From assembly GCA_964106915.2 (NCBI GenBank), contig OZ066915.1: DNA of 64,000 nt; one strand, given 5' to 3'. A program made the position numbers and the translations under genes. The stretch's first letter is position 1, and each line of letters opens with the position of its first letter. Positions 40,001-53,072 of this stretch are shown piece by piece. Origin of the DNA: Podarcis gaigeae (Eukaryota). Below the pieces are notes generated by a model that ran no database searches, was not told the DNA's origin, and saw nothing but the letters and a program-made list of their open reading frames with translations.

Positions 40001-43000
40001 AGTTGTAGAGTAATCTTTGAATATTGTGATTCTAGTTCTGATTAAATGTTAGGTTCTGACACTATTGCATGTCTTGTGCTTTGCTAACAAATTTCCAAAG
40101 ATTTGTTCTCAACAATGTAAATCCCTGTTAGGCAAACATTGAGCTGTATTGTGCTGACTTACTTGTCCTGACTAGAACTGAGGACAGAGATGATGTCCTA
40201 ATCCTGCAGTATCTGTGTTCAAAACTCCTAGCTGCCACTTTGTCCAGAAGTCTAAAATGAAGGGGGTAATTCCTGGGTTGAAAACACCAGTCATTCCCAG
40301 GCAGAGGGCCAGTCCTGATGGAACATCCCAATGTTACTCTCTTCCCAATGACTCTCTTCACAAATACTTGAGTCGTGCAACTGCTGGGACATAACTCTGT
40401 TTGCAGGGTTGAGGATAACTTTGGATATGGACTTATTAAGGCTATGGCGAAAACTTAGACTTCAAGAAGATACATCCCGTAAAGGGTATGTGTGGCTTGT
40501 TAAAAAGCTGGCCTTGTCATGTTGATTCTGTTCCATCTGTAGCTTCTCTCTTCTTCCTTCTGCTTATCTCATCTTTGCTGCTCTCTGGACTGTCAGTCTT
40601 TGTTCATCTCTAACCTGAGCTTGATTCTAGCTTTTCCATTTCTCTCAGGTTTCCCTTTTATTTCGAGCTGAAAATCGCATTTGTGATCTGGCTGCTCTCT
40701 CCTTACACCAAGGGCTCCAGCGTGCTCTACAGGAAGTTTGTTCACCCAACGCTCTCCAATAAGGAGAAGGTACTTCCTTCAGATTGCCCTACATATAAAT
40801 CCTGCAAGTTTAGTGACATGAGATCATGATAGATTGCAGAAAAGATACTGGTATTAGCTCTGTCTGTGCTTGATATTAATCATGCTTATGCCTGCTCATA
40901 ATAGTGTGGCAACTGCTGCTTTTACAGAGCAATAGTGAATTCCTAGTTTGTAACCTGATGAGAATTTGTTAGCTCTAAGCTGAATAACGTAACTTTAGAA
41001 TAGAGTTCTTGGCTCCTAACTGTGAGCCAAAGGGCCATGCATGGAGAGTTTGAGGGACTCTTTGGAACAACATTTGTTGCAGGGCAGGGGGCTATAACCA
41101 GAAGAGAAACTACAAACTTTTTCTGTGTGTGCAGAACTGCAGTCCATTCATGCATGAGGCAGTTTGGATTCTGGCCAATGTTTTCAGCATTTGCTGCTGT
41201 ATTAATTGATCCTTTATTAATTTTTGGGACCTTTACTCTTTGTAGTATACACTGCGATTAGTGGTAGATGCATAATTACTTTCCTTAATCTCATGTAGTT
41301 CTAGCACAGGGCGAAGTATAGACATTGTCATTCATTTAGTTTGAGCCTGCAGATAAGGCGTGACAGTCTCCATCCACTTGCAAGTGCCTTATGCATTTTT
41401 ACCTTAGGACAGAATTTGTTTGAGTAATATTTCAGCCTTCTGGGAGTAGCATTCACTGGAATATTGAATGTACTTCCTTTCAACCACTATATGTTAGTGC
41501 TGGGCAACACGTTGGGAAACTCAGAGCACTTGCTATATGATGTGTTTTCTAATATGTAATGTTTTCCTGGATTTCTGGATTTTATAGTTGGCTTCATGAT
41601 GTTGGTGCAAGAGGGAGTTAGGATTTCAGGCAGAAGTGTTTCGAGATTCTGAAAAATTATGGATACATGATCATAATGCTAAAAAAGAAGAATGTACTGC
41701 ACAAGGAAACAAGTTCCATATACAGCTTTAAATCACATGAACTATATTTAATCCTTTCTCTGCTAATCCCTCAGTGTTGCAAAAGAGAGCTAGGCAGTCC
41801 CTAGGAATTAACAGGCCAAAGGCTGGCTGGCTCTGTCTGAGGACTGCTTCTTACCATACTTTTTATATTAGTATATTTGCCTTGTGTCAGTTATGATAGC
41901 ACATGTATGTTTAAATGATGACTGTTATTCACAAAATAAACAAGTCTGATAATTGTGAAATGATTAAGCTAATTCTCCCTGTATTTGATAGGGATCCTAT
42001 GGATCCATGTAAGGCAAAGGTATACTAACACAAATAATTCTCCCAGTCTGTATTTCTTGAAAAGCACTGTACACCTCTATGTTTTTGGGGAGGGGGCACA
42101 AAGCATTGTATTCAATCACAATGTCTTTATGCATACATTTAGTTAAGCTTCCTCTAGCACTGACTGACTTCTCAGACTGGTGCTGCTTTTTCATGCTGCT
42201 TCACATTCCTTCTTGAAATTCAGACTTCTATATTTCTAAAGAGATCCAGAGCATGAGCATAGCAGGATTTCAAAGTTTTATATGTTTAACTAAATGTTAA
42301 ATCTGTTCCAAGCATAGGACTGACTAGGACAGTCAGTATCAGACATTGGAAAATGTGGATATGGTGAATTTCCCACTAAATAACACTAGTTTGCACCCAT
42401 AGAAGAGCCTGCTGGATCAGGCCAATGGGCCATCTAGTCTAGCATCCTGTTCTCATAGTGACCAACAAGATGTCTGTGGGAAACTGAAGCAGGGGCTGAA
42501 GAAAAGAACACTCGCCTCTTAGAGTTTCCAGCAACTTGATGTTAGAAGCATTACTGCCTCCTAACTGTGGAGGCATAGCATAGCCATCATGGCTGGTAGA
42601 GATTAACTTTATCCTCCATAAATTTAAAAGCCACTCAACTTGGTAGCCATCACTGCCTGCAGTGGAAGCGAGTTACATGGTTTCACTAGGCACTGTGTGA
42701 ATTAGTACTTTCTTTTATCTGTCCTGAATCTTCCAACATTCAGCTTCACTGGATATGAGTTCTAGTGTTATGAAAGAGGAGGGAAACTTTTCTCTAGCCA
42801 CTTTCTCTATGGCATGCATAACTTTAAATTTCTATTGTGTCACCTCTTTCTTGCCTTTTCTCGAAACTAAAAAGTTCCAAAAAACTGCAACCTTTGTTTC
42901 TCTTTCCCCTTGATCATCCACCTGCTGGAGTCAACAATGACTTTTGCACTTGGCTTGCTAGGTCATCATAGTTGTGATACAGAATGCAAAATCAAGAAAG

Positions 43001-45729
43001 GATTCAATTGCTGAGTGTGGAATACCACAAGTGGATATTTTTGTCATGTGTGCCTGAAGTGTGGGAGGTCTTCTAGTAGAAGAGATTTAAGAAAATTGAC
43101 CCCAGGAAGTAGCTTTCTTTCTGTGGCAAAGTTTTGGTATATGTGTAATTTGTTTTCTCCTTGATGCTGCTAATGTTGAGAAACTGAAATTGGCACAGTG
43201 CTGAATTTGGCACAATGAAACACAATACAACAATTACATGAGCCTTGATGTTCATTTCTCATTTAAGAACCAAGGGTACATGCTTCCCATTTTTCTCCTG
43301 GGGATCAGATTTCACAATAGCAGGACACAGGGTTGTTGTTGTTTTGCTGTGAAGAACCTGTGTCTCTTCTCTTGAGTAGCTAATCATTCAAGTTCTCACT
43401 GGATACTAGTATGCTGTTGTGTTCTAAAAAAAAAAAGGAGTATGAGCCAAAAGGTCATGGTATACTGCATTGGCCTGAACATAAGCCACACTTTCCCCCC
43501 AAATTCCAACAGTGAAAAGTTAAAGTGCGGCTTATTTTCGTGACCTCAGGCTGCCAGCAAAGCAGTGTGGCTCCCCCCAGGAAGCGGCCCAGGTATTGTC
43601 CCCCCCCCCATTTTAAAGGTGTGGCTTATTTGTGGGTGCGGCTTATATTCAGGCCAATACAGTATCTGTATTCTGATAAATAGGAGAGGTCACACTCTCA
43701 ATACTTCTAACAAACTGATGAGGGTCTTGATTCCACCCAGTCTTGGAAGAGATCCCCCCACTGTTGTTAAAACTAAGAATAATGGTCCTGAAATTTCTCT
43801 TATAGTTAATTGGTTAATCTTTCATAAAATTTGGCTATTTTAGGATCATACTAGACATGACAAGTGCAGCTATTTTTGCTTATTGACCTGCTAGCTATGT
43901 TTATGCCTACAGGTGAACAGTGAGTTCCAAAGTCCATACAATTCAATTGTTTCTGTAGATAGAGTGATTTGATAGCAGCCACCTTTAACAATAACTAGTC
44001 CATGCATTTAGAGTCTATCAGGGCTACATTCTCTCCAGGTTGGATAGACAAAACATTCTCTCCATTTCAATAGACTAAAATGCAAATCAATCAGTGACAA
44101 AAATTTTCACCAGACTCATAATCCAGATGAGTTTAGCCCAGCCTTTGATGTGTGTAGGTCATTGAACCAGTGATGTAAGAATTTTTTCCTGTGTGTTTTT
44201 TGGAATGACAGTGGAGGAAAAATTTCCACTTCATAAGGTGATTAATATCAGTGAATAGTATTAGACAGACTTAGAAGTTTCCAAGTTTTTTAGCTTTGTT
44301 TACTAAATGCATATAAAATAAACATGGTAAATTAGATAAATTTTCTGTATGTCCTAGAAAATTTCCAGTGCAAACAAAGTTTTCTATTGCTAATTACCCA
44401 AAATTGCATAGGAAATTTTCCAAAAAGCTTTCCAGAAAAAATCCAGAAATGTCCTATTTAACATTTACTGGAAGTCAACATATTGACATTGATGTTGACA
44501 TTGAAGCCAACATTTACTGTTATGTCATGATACTTTAAAACTGACCTTTAGAATTATGCTTCATTGCTGCCAGAACTAGTTTGTGAAATTCCTCTCTTCT
44601 GTTCCATAAAGACAAGTTACTGCTTGATCTTAGTCTTACTTCCATGTGAATAATTGTTTAAGCATGTTTTTCTTCCCCTCTTACTTGGGTTGCCTGTGTT
44701 AAGATGTGATGGGTACTTCTAAGTACATTATTCTCAAAATGAGAGGTGTTGGTTTTTCTGTTACCATGTCCTGCTGAACTATTTTTGTACTCTGTAATCT
44801 AGTGTATTGCTAATTAGTGTTGCTGCATTTGTTCTGTTGTGTGTATAGGCATTGATGATCCATAGCTGATTCTTTTTCTCATTCCACCATGCAAGCTATC
44901 AATGGATAGTTTATAACCTCTGGAAAGATTTACTTAGTCATTAGAGAAAGTTTGAAAGGATTTATAATTAACAAAAGTAAAACATTGTGATGACTTTGAG
45001 AACTTCTGTTCTGTTTTGTTGTTCAAACCCTATGGACTTGGACCTTCTTGCGTTATACCTAGTTGGACTATAAGTCCATCTAGCCAAGTATTGTGTACAC
45101 TGACTAGCAGCCCTCGCTAGGGTTTCAGACAGGCAACATTCCCAGCCCTTCCTGGAGGTACTGAGAATTACGGTAAACCCTAAGCAATTCAGTATTCAAA
45201 GCAGATGCTCTACTACTGAGCTTCAGCCCTTCCCCAAAAAACTTCCTCTTAAAAGCTTTTGTGTGAGTATGTATCATTCTTGAGGGCTATAGCTATGCAA
45301 ATAATTTTTTAATGTGGCCTTTCCCACCAATTAAATCCTAGGAAATCGATGAGTATATCAGCCAGGCCCGTGACAAGAGTTATGAAACTATGATGCGAGT
45401 TGGCAAGCGAGGATTAAATTTGGCAGCCAATGCAGCAGTTACTGCAGCTGCAAAGGTAACTCCTTATATACCTATGTGCCATATCAACCCTGTTCCCTTC
45501 TGTTGGACTTTTGGTGTCATAACTCTATCCCACTTCCCCACCTCCATGCTGTCTGCTAAGTTGTTCTTTCAAGTACAGCTTGCCATCTGATTGGATTTTA
45601 TTCTGATCCTGATCTGATTTTAGGATGTGTTTTAAATGATTGCCTGATTTTATGTTAATGTGTTATATATTTAATGTTAGCTGCTCTGAGCCCGGTTTTG
45701 GCTGGGAAGGGGGGGTATAAATAATAATA

Positions 45730-45764
<35 letters not shown>

Positions 45765-48700
45765 TGCCTGACCCAAGCTGTGTCCCTCTCATCTAACTGC
45801 TGTCGAGTGTTCTTTTCCATTGGAAGCTGTTCTAGTATGTCCTCTGATGTGTTCTGAATGGTTCAACTCATGTGCATAGTTACAACTAGAAATTATATCT
45901 TAAAGGGCCAAGGAGTTTTATCTGAAAAACTACGGAGTTTCAGCATGCAGGACTTGACTTTGATTCGGGATGATGACACTGTGCATTTACGGAGCCCTGA
46001 GCCACGAATGCGTACTTCTGCTACTGGTCATCTTGAAACTGTTGATGATTCAGGTTAACAGCAATCTATTCATATTATTTAATGAGGGCAGATGTCTAAG
46101 AGTTGTGGGCTTGGGGCAAATATTGAAGTGTCTAACTTCAGTGGTAGTTAGCTGTGTTTATGTTTTGAACTTGGAGTGCATGCACACCTATATTTCATGC
46201 AGTACTCACAATTGCAATGGACATGCTGCTTAAAGAAAGAATTCACATTTTCCCAGCAGCAAGATATTATAGTTTGGGCCACGCTACTCATGACAGCAGC
46301 AGGCCCGTATTTTTAAATGCGGGTATTTTCCAGTAATATATAAAGCAAGGCATGGAAGCATAAAAGGAGGTTTCTGTGTTCACATACACAAAACAACTTC
46401 TTTTATCTTTATCTTCTATACCTCTCTGTAATTTTCATTCAGCCAGTGATCCTAGCTAGAAGATAGAGTGGGGGAGGGGAGAAGATGTGTGCAAAGGAAG
46501 GGTTTGATCTCCTCTGCACCTGGGCACCCCTTCTTCACTTTACACTGCACACCACCAATCCACACTGGTCTGGATTGGGGGAGGAACCAAACTCCTGTTA
46601 CTTTTGTTAAAGGGGGGGGGGCTGAAGCCCAATAAAGTGATTCAAAGAGTCATTTAAAGACGCCGAGTCTTTTGTCACCTTGACAGTTTGATTCTCCACA
46701 ACTTTCCGTAGACATCTGAAGGCTCCCCTTTTTGGGAAGTTTTTAATGTCTGATGTTTCACTGTGTTCTGTTATATTCTGTTGGAAGATGCCCACAGTGG
46801 CTGGGTCAACCCAGTCAGATGGGTGGGGCACAAGTGTGTGTGTGTGTGTAATAAATTATTAGTCGCCTTAGTATTAGTATTATTTATTTTCTCCTTTCCT
46901 TCAAGAACCTTGGCATCAGAGATCGCATTTTCATTTCTGCTCCTCCTCCATATTAAAAAATAAGGGGCACCTCTGTTTTTGGTTTTCTCCTCAGGTGCAT
47001 CCTGTTATTCCTCATCAGAAGAGATGACTCTGTCTCAAAGACATAATGGGGCCCAGTCTGATGCCAGAACAGACCCATCAGATGACGATACAGGAGACAA
47101 AGTTCCCAAACGGACCCAGAGTCTTAAAGCTCCTAAAAAAGTGACAAAGACTGAGGTGAGCTGGATGTAATTGTTTGGAAAGCTTGCAGCTGGATCGTGC
47201 CTCATGTACAACTTGTGTGCTTCAGCCTGGCACATAATCCTTTTTAATAGCTGCCCCTCCCTTGCAAGTGTGCTTTGCTTGCCTGCCAGATATCTTTCTC
47301 TACATTTTGAAGTATTGGACACGATTCAACTAATGGGTCCCATCAGCAGAAGCCTGCACAAGAACTTCAGCTTGTACAAAAGGGCTTTCTCCCCTGCATC
47401 CCCCAAAATTGGCTCGGAGGGGATCAGGAGAACACCCAGAACTGCTCACGGGAAGGAAAGAGGGATCATTCTGTTTGTCAGGCTGAAATGTTTGCAGTAA
47501 CAGAACAATCAGAAGAGTGTGATGTTGAATTCCTCCTGTTGTTTCACATTCCTATTCTGTCAATAATTTAAATGCCGCTATAGTAAGAATTTAAGGCATT
47601 ACTAAGGGCTGAAAGTAGATGTGATGGCAGTAGCAACTTGTTTGTTCATTTGCACCTTTGCTCTGCCAAGCAGAGAGTGGATAGTGTCTCATTTTTAACA
47701 TTTTTAAATGAGAATGTGCATGACCAGCTGAATACTTCTTCATTCATTTGCTTACCTTCCCGTGCTCTATTGTCCCCACTCCCCTCTTGCAGTACTGGAA
47801 GTTGGCTGAGCTTTGAGAAAGGGTTTGGGGTGTTGGAACATGGGAAGGAAAGGCAGAGGAGGGGAGATTCAACTTCCTTCTCTTATGTACTCCCTTTTGA
47901 TGTTAAAGTTGGATTCCCCTGCTTCATTTGTGAATGCATAGGCACATGAATGAATAAACATGAATGTGCTACTGCCACATCTTATTTGGCACTCAGGATG
48001 CATCCAGTTTTATGAGTTTTTGCATGATCTGCTGCTGACATTAGGGGCACAGCCTGCAGACATTCCATCAGCTGTTTTTGTTTGGGCTCCACTTCTTGAT
48101 TTTTCCAGTGCCGAAATATATTATTTAGTATGGTTTTATGTTGCAAACAAGTGGCTCAAATAAGATTTTCTGTGTGCGCAGTTTATGCACATGTCCACAC
48201 ATCCAGTTTTTAATCTTAGATTTTTCGTAGGAATTCCACTGTATCAGGTCCACACCACACCTTGAAGAAATGTTTCCATGCTGTGGTTTTCTGGCCTCTC
48301 CCTTCAATAATTGCTCCCTTGTCCTTCAGTAACCTTTTCTGCTCTGGGTATATGCACAACTATATGGGGATATAAATTTTCATTTTGTTTGTAAAAATCA
48401 AAATTAAATTTTTATTTTTAGGGGGGAAGGCCCAACCAAAAATGCACTAATGAGCTTCCATATATATTTCACATTAAGAGGGAATTTGGATTAAATGTCA
48501 AAAAGCATAGGCTGGCATTTTGATGACAACAGTCTCCTGTGGACTGTGCAAAAATGCTTGTGTGCATGGACAGCACCAGTTTCACAATAAACCTTTTTCT
48601 GGAAGCACCCCTTTTTAAAGAGCTAAAAAGTTTCACATATTTGACATTAACTGAAATTTGGTGGTGGCCGCATGCAGCACATCAGGTCATTTAGTGTAGA

Positions 48701-49340
48701 GTGCTTTAGCTGTCCTGGTCCCCAGCTAGATTACAGCTGATGATATATCATTGGGTGACAGGAATTGGCTGTGGCTGGCTTTCTTCGTGAAGTTTTGGGT
48801 TTTATCTGAACCAAAGGTTTCCTACACATCTGGACATGCCTTCAAGAGTAGCTGAAATGATACTGGTTATTCAGTTTGATTGTTCAGGTTCTGTTTCTGG
48901 AAATAGTTTTGAAGGAGCTGGTAAAGAGCCAGGAAATGGCTGTGTAGGAGAATAACCTATTTTATTTGAGTGCCCTCTGCTGACTGCTTTATAGGTTTGT
49001 TTTTATTTTTTTGTTATCTTCTGTTAGTGCTACTGTACTGGAAGTTTTTCTTATTCTGAGGTTACTAATTGAATTGATTCATTAATAGAATTACAGAAGT
49101 AAGAGGGCTTAAAATTGGATAGCAATCAGTTCCTTTTGTTCTGGAAGCAGAAGCTCAGTGAATGATCTGAGGTCTCAGCAAAAATGTCATCAAAGCTCTT
49201 TCTTTTTTTAAACTCCTTGTCCTGCAACTAGTTTCATGTTATTTCTCTCCTCTCTTGCTTTCCAGCCCCCACAAAAGACTGTCAAAGCCCGTCCCAAGAA
49301 GAAAGTTACAGGTTCCAGTGCTGCTGGCGAGTCAGCCTAA
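33463..49340 (+). CDS. REEP2: Receptor expression-enhancing protein 2 (DP1/Yop1 family ER-shaping protein), complete, 8 exons, 266 aa
   Basis: Spliced ORF of 801 nt: [49 protein letters not shown]...LRSFSMQDL...RPKKK...GESA*; lies next to KDM3B as in human. Confidence 0.97.
34108..34180 (+). CDS. REEP2: REEP2 exon 2 ([24 protein letters not shown])
   Basis: ttccag acceptor, TAT|GTAAGT donor; 73 nt. Confidence 0.96.
37345..37559. mobile_element. Non-autonomous hAT (Blackjack-like) MITE
   Basis: TAGGGATGCC...GGCAACCCTA ends; TSD attagtaa/attaataa (7/8). Confidence 0.75.
39159..39235 (+). CDS. REEP2: REEP2 exon 3 ([26 protein letters not shown])
   Basis: ttgcag acceptor, TG|GTAAGT donor; 77 nt. 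Confidence 0.96.
39536..39896. mobile_element. Non-autonomous hAT (Charlie-like) MITE, 361 bp, CpG-rich
   Basis: Perfect 8-bp TSD TTCTAGAG (39528-35, 39897-904); TIR caggggtcagcaacct / aggttgccaacctctg (13/16). Confidence 0.9.
40649..40769 (+). CDS. REEP2: REEP2 exon 4 ([40 protein letters not shown])
   Basis: tctcag acceptor, AAG|GTACTT donor; 121 nt. Confidence 0.96.
42398..42917 (-). mobile_element. CR1 LINE 3' fragment
   Basis: agaagagcctgctggatcaggccaatgggccatctagtc... extending into the ORF2 C-terminus. Confidence 0.78.
43465..43662. mobile_element. Tc1/mariner (Tc2/pogo-like) MITE, 198 bp
   Basis: About 26-bp TIR ctgcattggcctgaacataagccaca / tgcggcttatattcaggccaatacag with TA on both sides. 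Confidence 0.87.
45050..45232 (-). mobile_element. tRNA-derived SINE (squamate type)
   Basis: Minus strand agctcagtagtagagcatctgcttt (A-box head) ... cagtcagtgtacacaatacttggctagatggac. Confidence 0.65.
45342..45455 (+). CDS. REEP2: REEP2 exon 5 ([38 protein letters not shown])
   Basis: tcctag acceptor, AAG|GTAACT donor; 114 nt. Confidence 0.96.
45590..45762 (+). repeat. L2-type 3' end with (AAT)/(ATT)n tail
   Basis: tgttagctgctctgag...gggggtataaataataataattattatt. Confidence 0.55.
45906..46053 (+). CDS. REEP2: REEP2 exon 6 ([23 protein letters not shown]...TVDDS)
   Basis: Weak ttaaag acceptor, CAG|GTTAAC donor; 148 nt; conserved RSFSMQDL motif. Confidence 0.9.
46690..46880 (+). mobile_element. 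L2-type LINE 3' end
   Basis: gcccacagtggctgggtcaacccagtcagatgggtgggg, homologous to 24330-24375 in opposite orientation. Confidence 0.6.
46995..47155 (+). CDS. REEP2: REEP2 exon 7 ([11 protein letters not shown]...[11 protein letters not shown]...KTE); alternative in-frame start at 47019
   Basis: cctcag acceptor, GAG|GTGAGC donor; 161 nt, phase 1->0. Confidence 0.88.
49266..49340 (+). CDS. REEP2: REEP2 last coding exon ([24 protein letters not shown])
   Basis: Long pyrimidine tract + tccag acceptor; TAA at 49338-49340. Confidence 0.93.
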   Translation, partial: PPQKTVKARPKKKVTGSSAAGESA

Positions 49341-50658
49341 GGACACCCCAGCCTGTCTGTCCTAGGGCTCTTCAGACACTTTGATGAGCACTCTCCAAGG
49401 AAAGGGAGCTGAGATCATGTACATAACAGCTACTGCTTTGTAGAGCTCATTCCAAGGCAAGAGGGTGACTGAAATTTGGCACACAGATTAGAGGATGGCC
49501 ATCCTCAGGAATTATTTACACTTCATCTCTGTGATGGAGAGAATGCTAATCTGTCTGTACATAGCCTGTTGTTTTGGGATTCCCTCTCTGTGCGTAACCC
49601 TAATAGGGAAACTCTTTGCTGGAACAACACTTCAATTAGGGTTAGAGCCATTTTTGACAGAGAGGCTGGAAGAAAAAAAAAATCAAGACGGGTGCCACTG
49701 AAATTCTAATTGGAGGTGGGGAGCTCCCCAATAATAATTCAGCATTTCACTGGTTGTCATGCTGTAGCTGCTGTGGGGAATTGTTAGGAAGTGCCTGGAG
49801 CAAAGTGACTGGTACTGAGGGAAAGTGTTATCTAAACTCATTTGGGCAGAAACAAGAGACAAAAGTGTAGGTTTGCTTGGTGCTTTGCTACATGGGCAAC
49901 TGCTTGCCTGTGGGATTGGGTAAAGTGGTATTTTTTTGCAGGGAGTCTGCAGATGTTTGGGAGAGGGGTGGAAGGTGAGAATGCAAGCGGCTGGCTTCTT
50001 TACCACTATCTGGTGCCTATTTCTAAGCAGCCTCTTTTGCTTGGTTGGAAGAGTTTTAACTCTGCTCATGGTAGATGTTGCGATGGTAGAACTATTTGCA
50101 TGGTTTTTTTCAAGTAGAATAAGGCTGGGAGGAAGGTGACGAAGCTAAGAGGACCACGGTTGGAGCAGGGGGTGTGAGGATGCCTTGGCACAAATCAGTC
50201 TCTCCAAAGAGTTGAAATCCTGAATAGCCACTGTCTAAGAACCAAACACTTTGGCCCCCTGCTTCAGAGTTGCCTTTATATTTTACAGGTCAGTCTGTTT
50301 TCTGTAAGAATTGTTTGGAAAAGGCATGTGTATGGAAGAAGCTGAAGGAAATATGGATGGTACCCTAAGTTTCTGCTGTGTTTTTAATTATGCTTTATTT
50401 GCACTGGCAATATAAGGTTGGAGCTCAAGCAGTGTAGCCTGATAAGTAGGCAAAAAGTAGCAACCCTTTTTGGAGCTTTTCTGGCGTTTTGTAATGAGGT
50501 AAGTAAGTGATGGGACATTCCTAAATGATTCCATGGGTGGATAAGGGATAACGTTACTTGGCTCTCAGGAACTACTCATTTCTGCCACCACTGACTTCCA
50601 TCATTCCCTCTTAACTCTGCTTACATTTTGGAGGCAATATTATTTAGTGTTTGAGACT

Positions 50659-50797
50659 ATCATGGAATTGTAGCATTGGAAGGGACCCTGAGGATCATCT
50701 AGCCCAACACCTTGCAGTGCAGGAATATGCAGCCGTCCCGTACAGAGATCAAACCTGCAACCTTGGCATTATTAGCACCACGCTCTAACCATCTAGC
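50659..50797 (-). mobile_element. tRNA-Ile(AAT)-derived SINE with CR1 3' tail
   Basis: Minus strand tggttagagcgtggtgctaataatgccaaggttgcaggtttgatctctgtacggg resembles tRNA-Ile; tail gatgatcctcagggtcccttccaatgctacaattccatg. Confidence 0.8.
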
Positions 50798-52889
50798 ATT
50801 CTGTGAAAAACCGAATTCAGTTTTGTATCATGCTCCAATCAAATGGATAGATAAATAATGATAAACATTTCTGTTCCAGACAGTTTAACATATACAGATG
50901 ACTGTCCTGATCTAGGACTATAGTGCAGGGATACTGAGACACATAGTATATAGATAAACCCTGCTGTTCTCTAACCTAGCCCTTTAATAAATTATCCAAC
51001 TTCTGAATATGTGCCAAAGCCACTAGTCTTTTAAACAGTGGAGCAAATATATGAGATCTAACAGTGCTGGAAACAAATTTCAGTTACCCTTATCTACATA
51101 GGTTAATGGCAAATCGGGCTGATGTTGGGTATGCAACATGGCCACGCAGCTGCTTCACTATGCAGTTTAAATCCTGATTTTTCACTACAGGCTGACATGT
51201 ACTGCTTCCTAAATAAGTTTTTTTAAGAAGCTAACCTCCATTGAGTTCTGTGAAGCTGCTTCCTAATCAGTGTACTTTAGGATTGCACTTTTAGGCACAC
51301 TTTTTACTTTGTATAGTTTCAGAGCAGAGAAGGCTTATCATTAAGATTCCATAGTTGAAGAGACTCCCTTTATCGTCTTCCAAATCAGTTACAAACCTGC
51401 ACTCGTGTGCTGTACTTCTCTTCTGGACACCTGATAGTTCAGCCTCTGCAAGTACAAAGAAAATGAATCACAACATTTTTGCCATTCTTTTTGGCAGCAG
51501 CTGTTTAGTGCCAAAAAATTGGCAAGCTATAATTACAAATTACATTTTGTAATTTGTCAAGGATGCAGACTCTAAATCTCAGATTAGGTTTTTACTATTT
51601 GGAAGGTACTTTGGTTTGCTGAGTGTGAGAATGTAGAAACATACTGCACTTTTTACCCAGCAGATCCCTCTCTCCTAGTACCATGCAATTAATCTTCAGT
51701 AGTTTTGTTTGAATCAAGTATGGGTTTACATGTGCAATGGCTGCACTTCCTTATGCTTGGAATATGTATGACTGGGGAAAGTGCATTTGAATGCTGGGCT
51801 GGCTGTAAGTGAGACATTTGTATTGCTGTAGTATATGAAGGGGAAAGCCTTTCTGTTTCACAGAGAAAGCAGTACTACTTTTATCAACTTGCTTGCTTTT
51901 ATCAACTTGTGTTTCAGCAGCACACTGTGGTTGTTGCTTGTAGATACTGCCTTGTGTTTTTTACAGCACATTCATCAAACTCTTCCCAGCATCCTTTGTA
52001 TGAGGCAGTACTTTTGCATAGAAGTTGATAAACTGGGATCAGGGTTAGCACTTCTCCTAGAAGTGTGCACAGTTTTTCAGCAGTGCTTCCAGTGAAGTAT
52101 AAGGATGGGATGATGCTGAATAACTTGAGCCCATTCCCAGAGATGCTTAAGTCCTGAGGCAGTTTCTACCTTTTCATATTAGCCTGGTCTGCTTCTCAGT
52201 CCCCATCTTCTCACCACATCCTGTTGGGTCAGTTTTAATTGTAGTCCAATTGGGTGTTTTACTTTTATTATACTTATAAAAGTATTTCTAAACCACTGGC
52301 TCATAAGAAAATATCAGGATGGTGTGCAATGTGTAAGTATTCAAACAATCTAAAATACAGAACAAATGACCCTCACTGAATCAGATTAATCCTCTGAAAA
52401 CAATTGTCATAAAAGAAACATTTTCAGCAGGCAACAAAATATCTAAATTGTTAGGCGTCTGGTTTTTGTTGGTTTGCTTTTGTGTAACACCATGTGGTCT
52501 TTTCATATTTGTGTCCCTTAATTATTTTAAATTTCCTATCAGTTTTATGTTTAAGAACATCATTATCCTGCAGCTGGGCTTCATATTCAGCTTGATGATC
52601 AAATATATTTGGGAACCTGCCAGAGGCCCAATAAACTTATTTTTGATGCATACTTCAGGCTGCAAAAATTGAGTCAGAGGTTAGATAGCTGGCAGGCCCT
52701 CGTATATGGCTGGTGGGCTGCATTTGGTCTGGTGGCCTATGCTGCACACACCTGTCATGGGACATAATATTCCACATGTTACCCTTCTCGGTTGTTCTTC
52801 ATAGGAGAGTTTCTAAGATCTTGATCCATTTATTTACTGTTCTGTCAAATATGGGAGGAAACAGAGTGACTCAAGATACTTCACATGAC

Positions 52890-53072
52890 TGCTTTTTCCC
52901 TGCTCCCTTTTTCTATACCATGTATTATTTTATACACCTCCGTAATATCTCCCCACTTTTTCTCCCTTTTTTTGAAACAAAAGCTCCAAATGCTGTAATA
53001 TTTTCTCATATGGCAGTTTCTCTAGCCCCTTGATCATTTTAGTTGCTCTTTCCTGCACCTTTTTCAACTCCT
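52890..53072 (-). mobile_element. CR1 ORF2 C-terminal fragment
   Basis: ccccttgatcattttagttgctctttcctgcacctttttcaactc; overlaps in sequence with about 42800-42917. Confidence 0.6.

Noticed and set aside
50730-50797. tRNA-Ile gene (and tRNA-Lys-like sequence near 17580-17639)
   Set aside because: Acceptor stem and T-loop are degraded and the sequence is fused to a CR1 tail, so these are SINE heads rather than tRNA genes.
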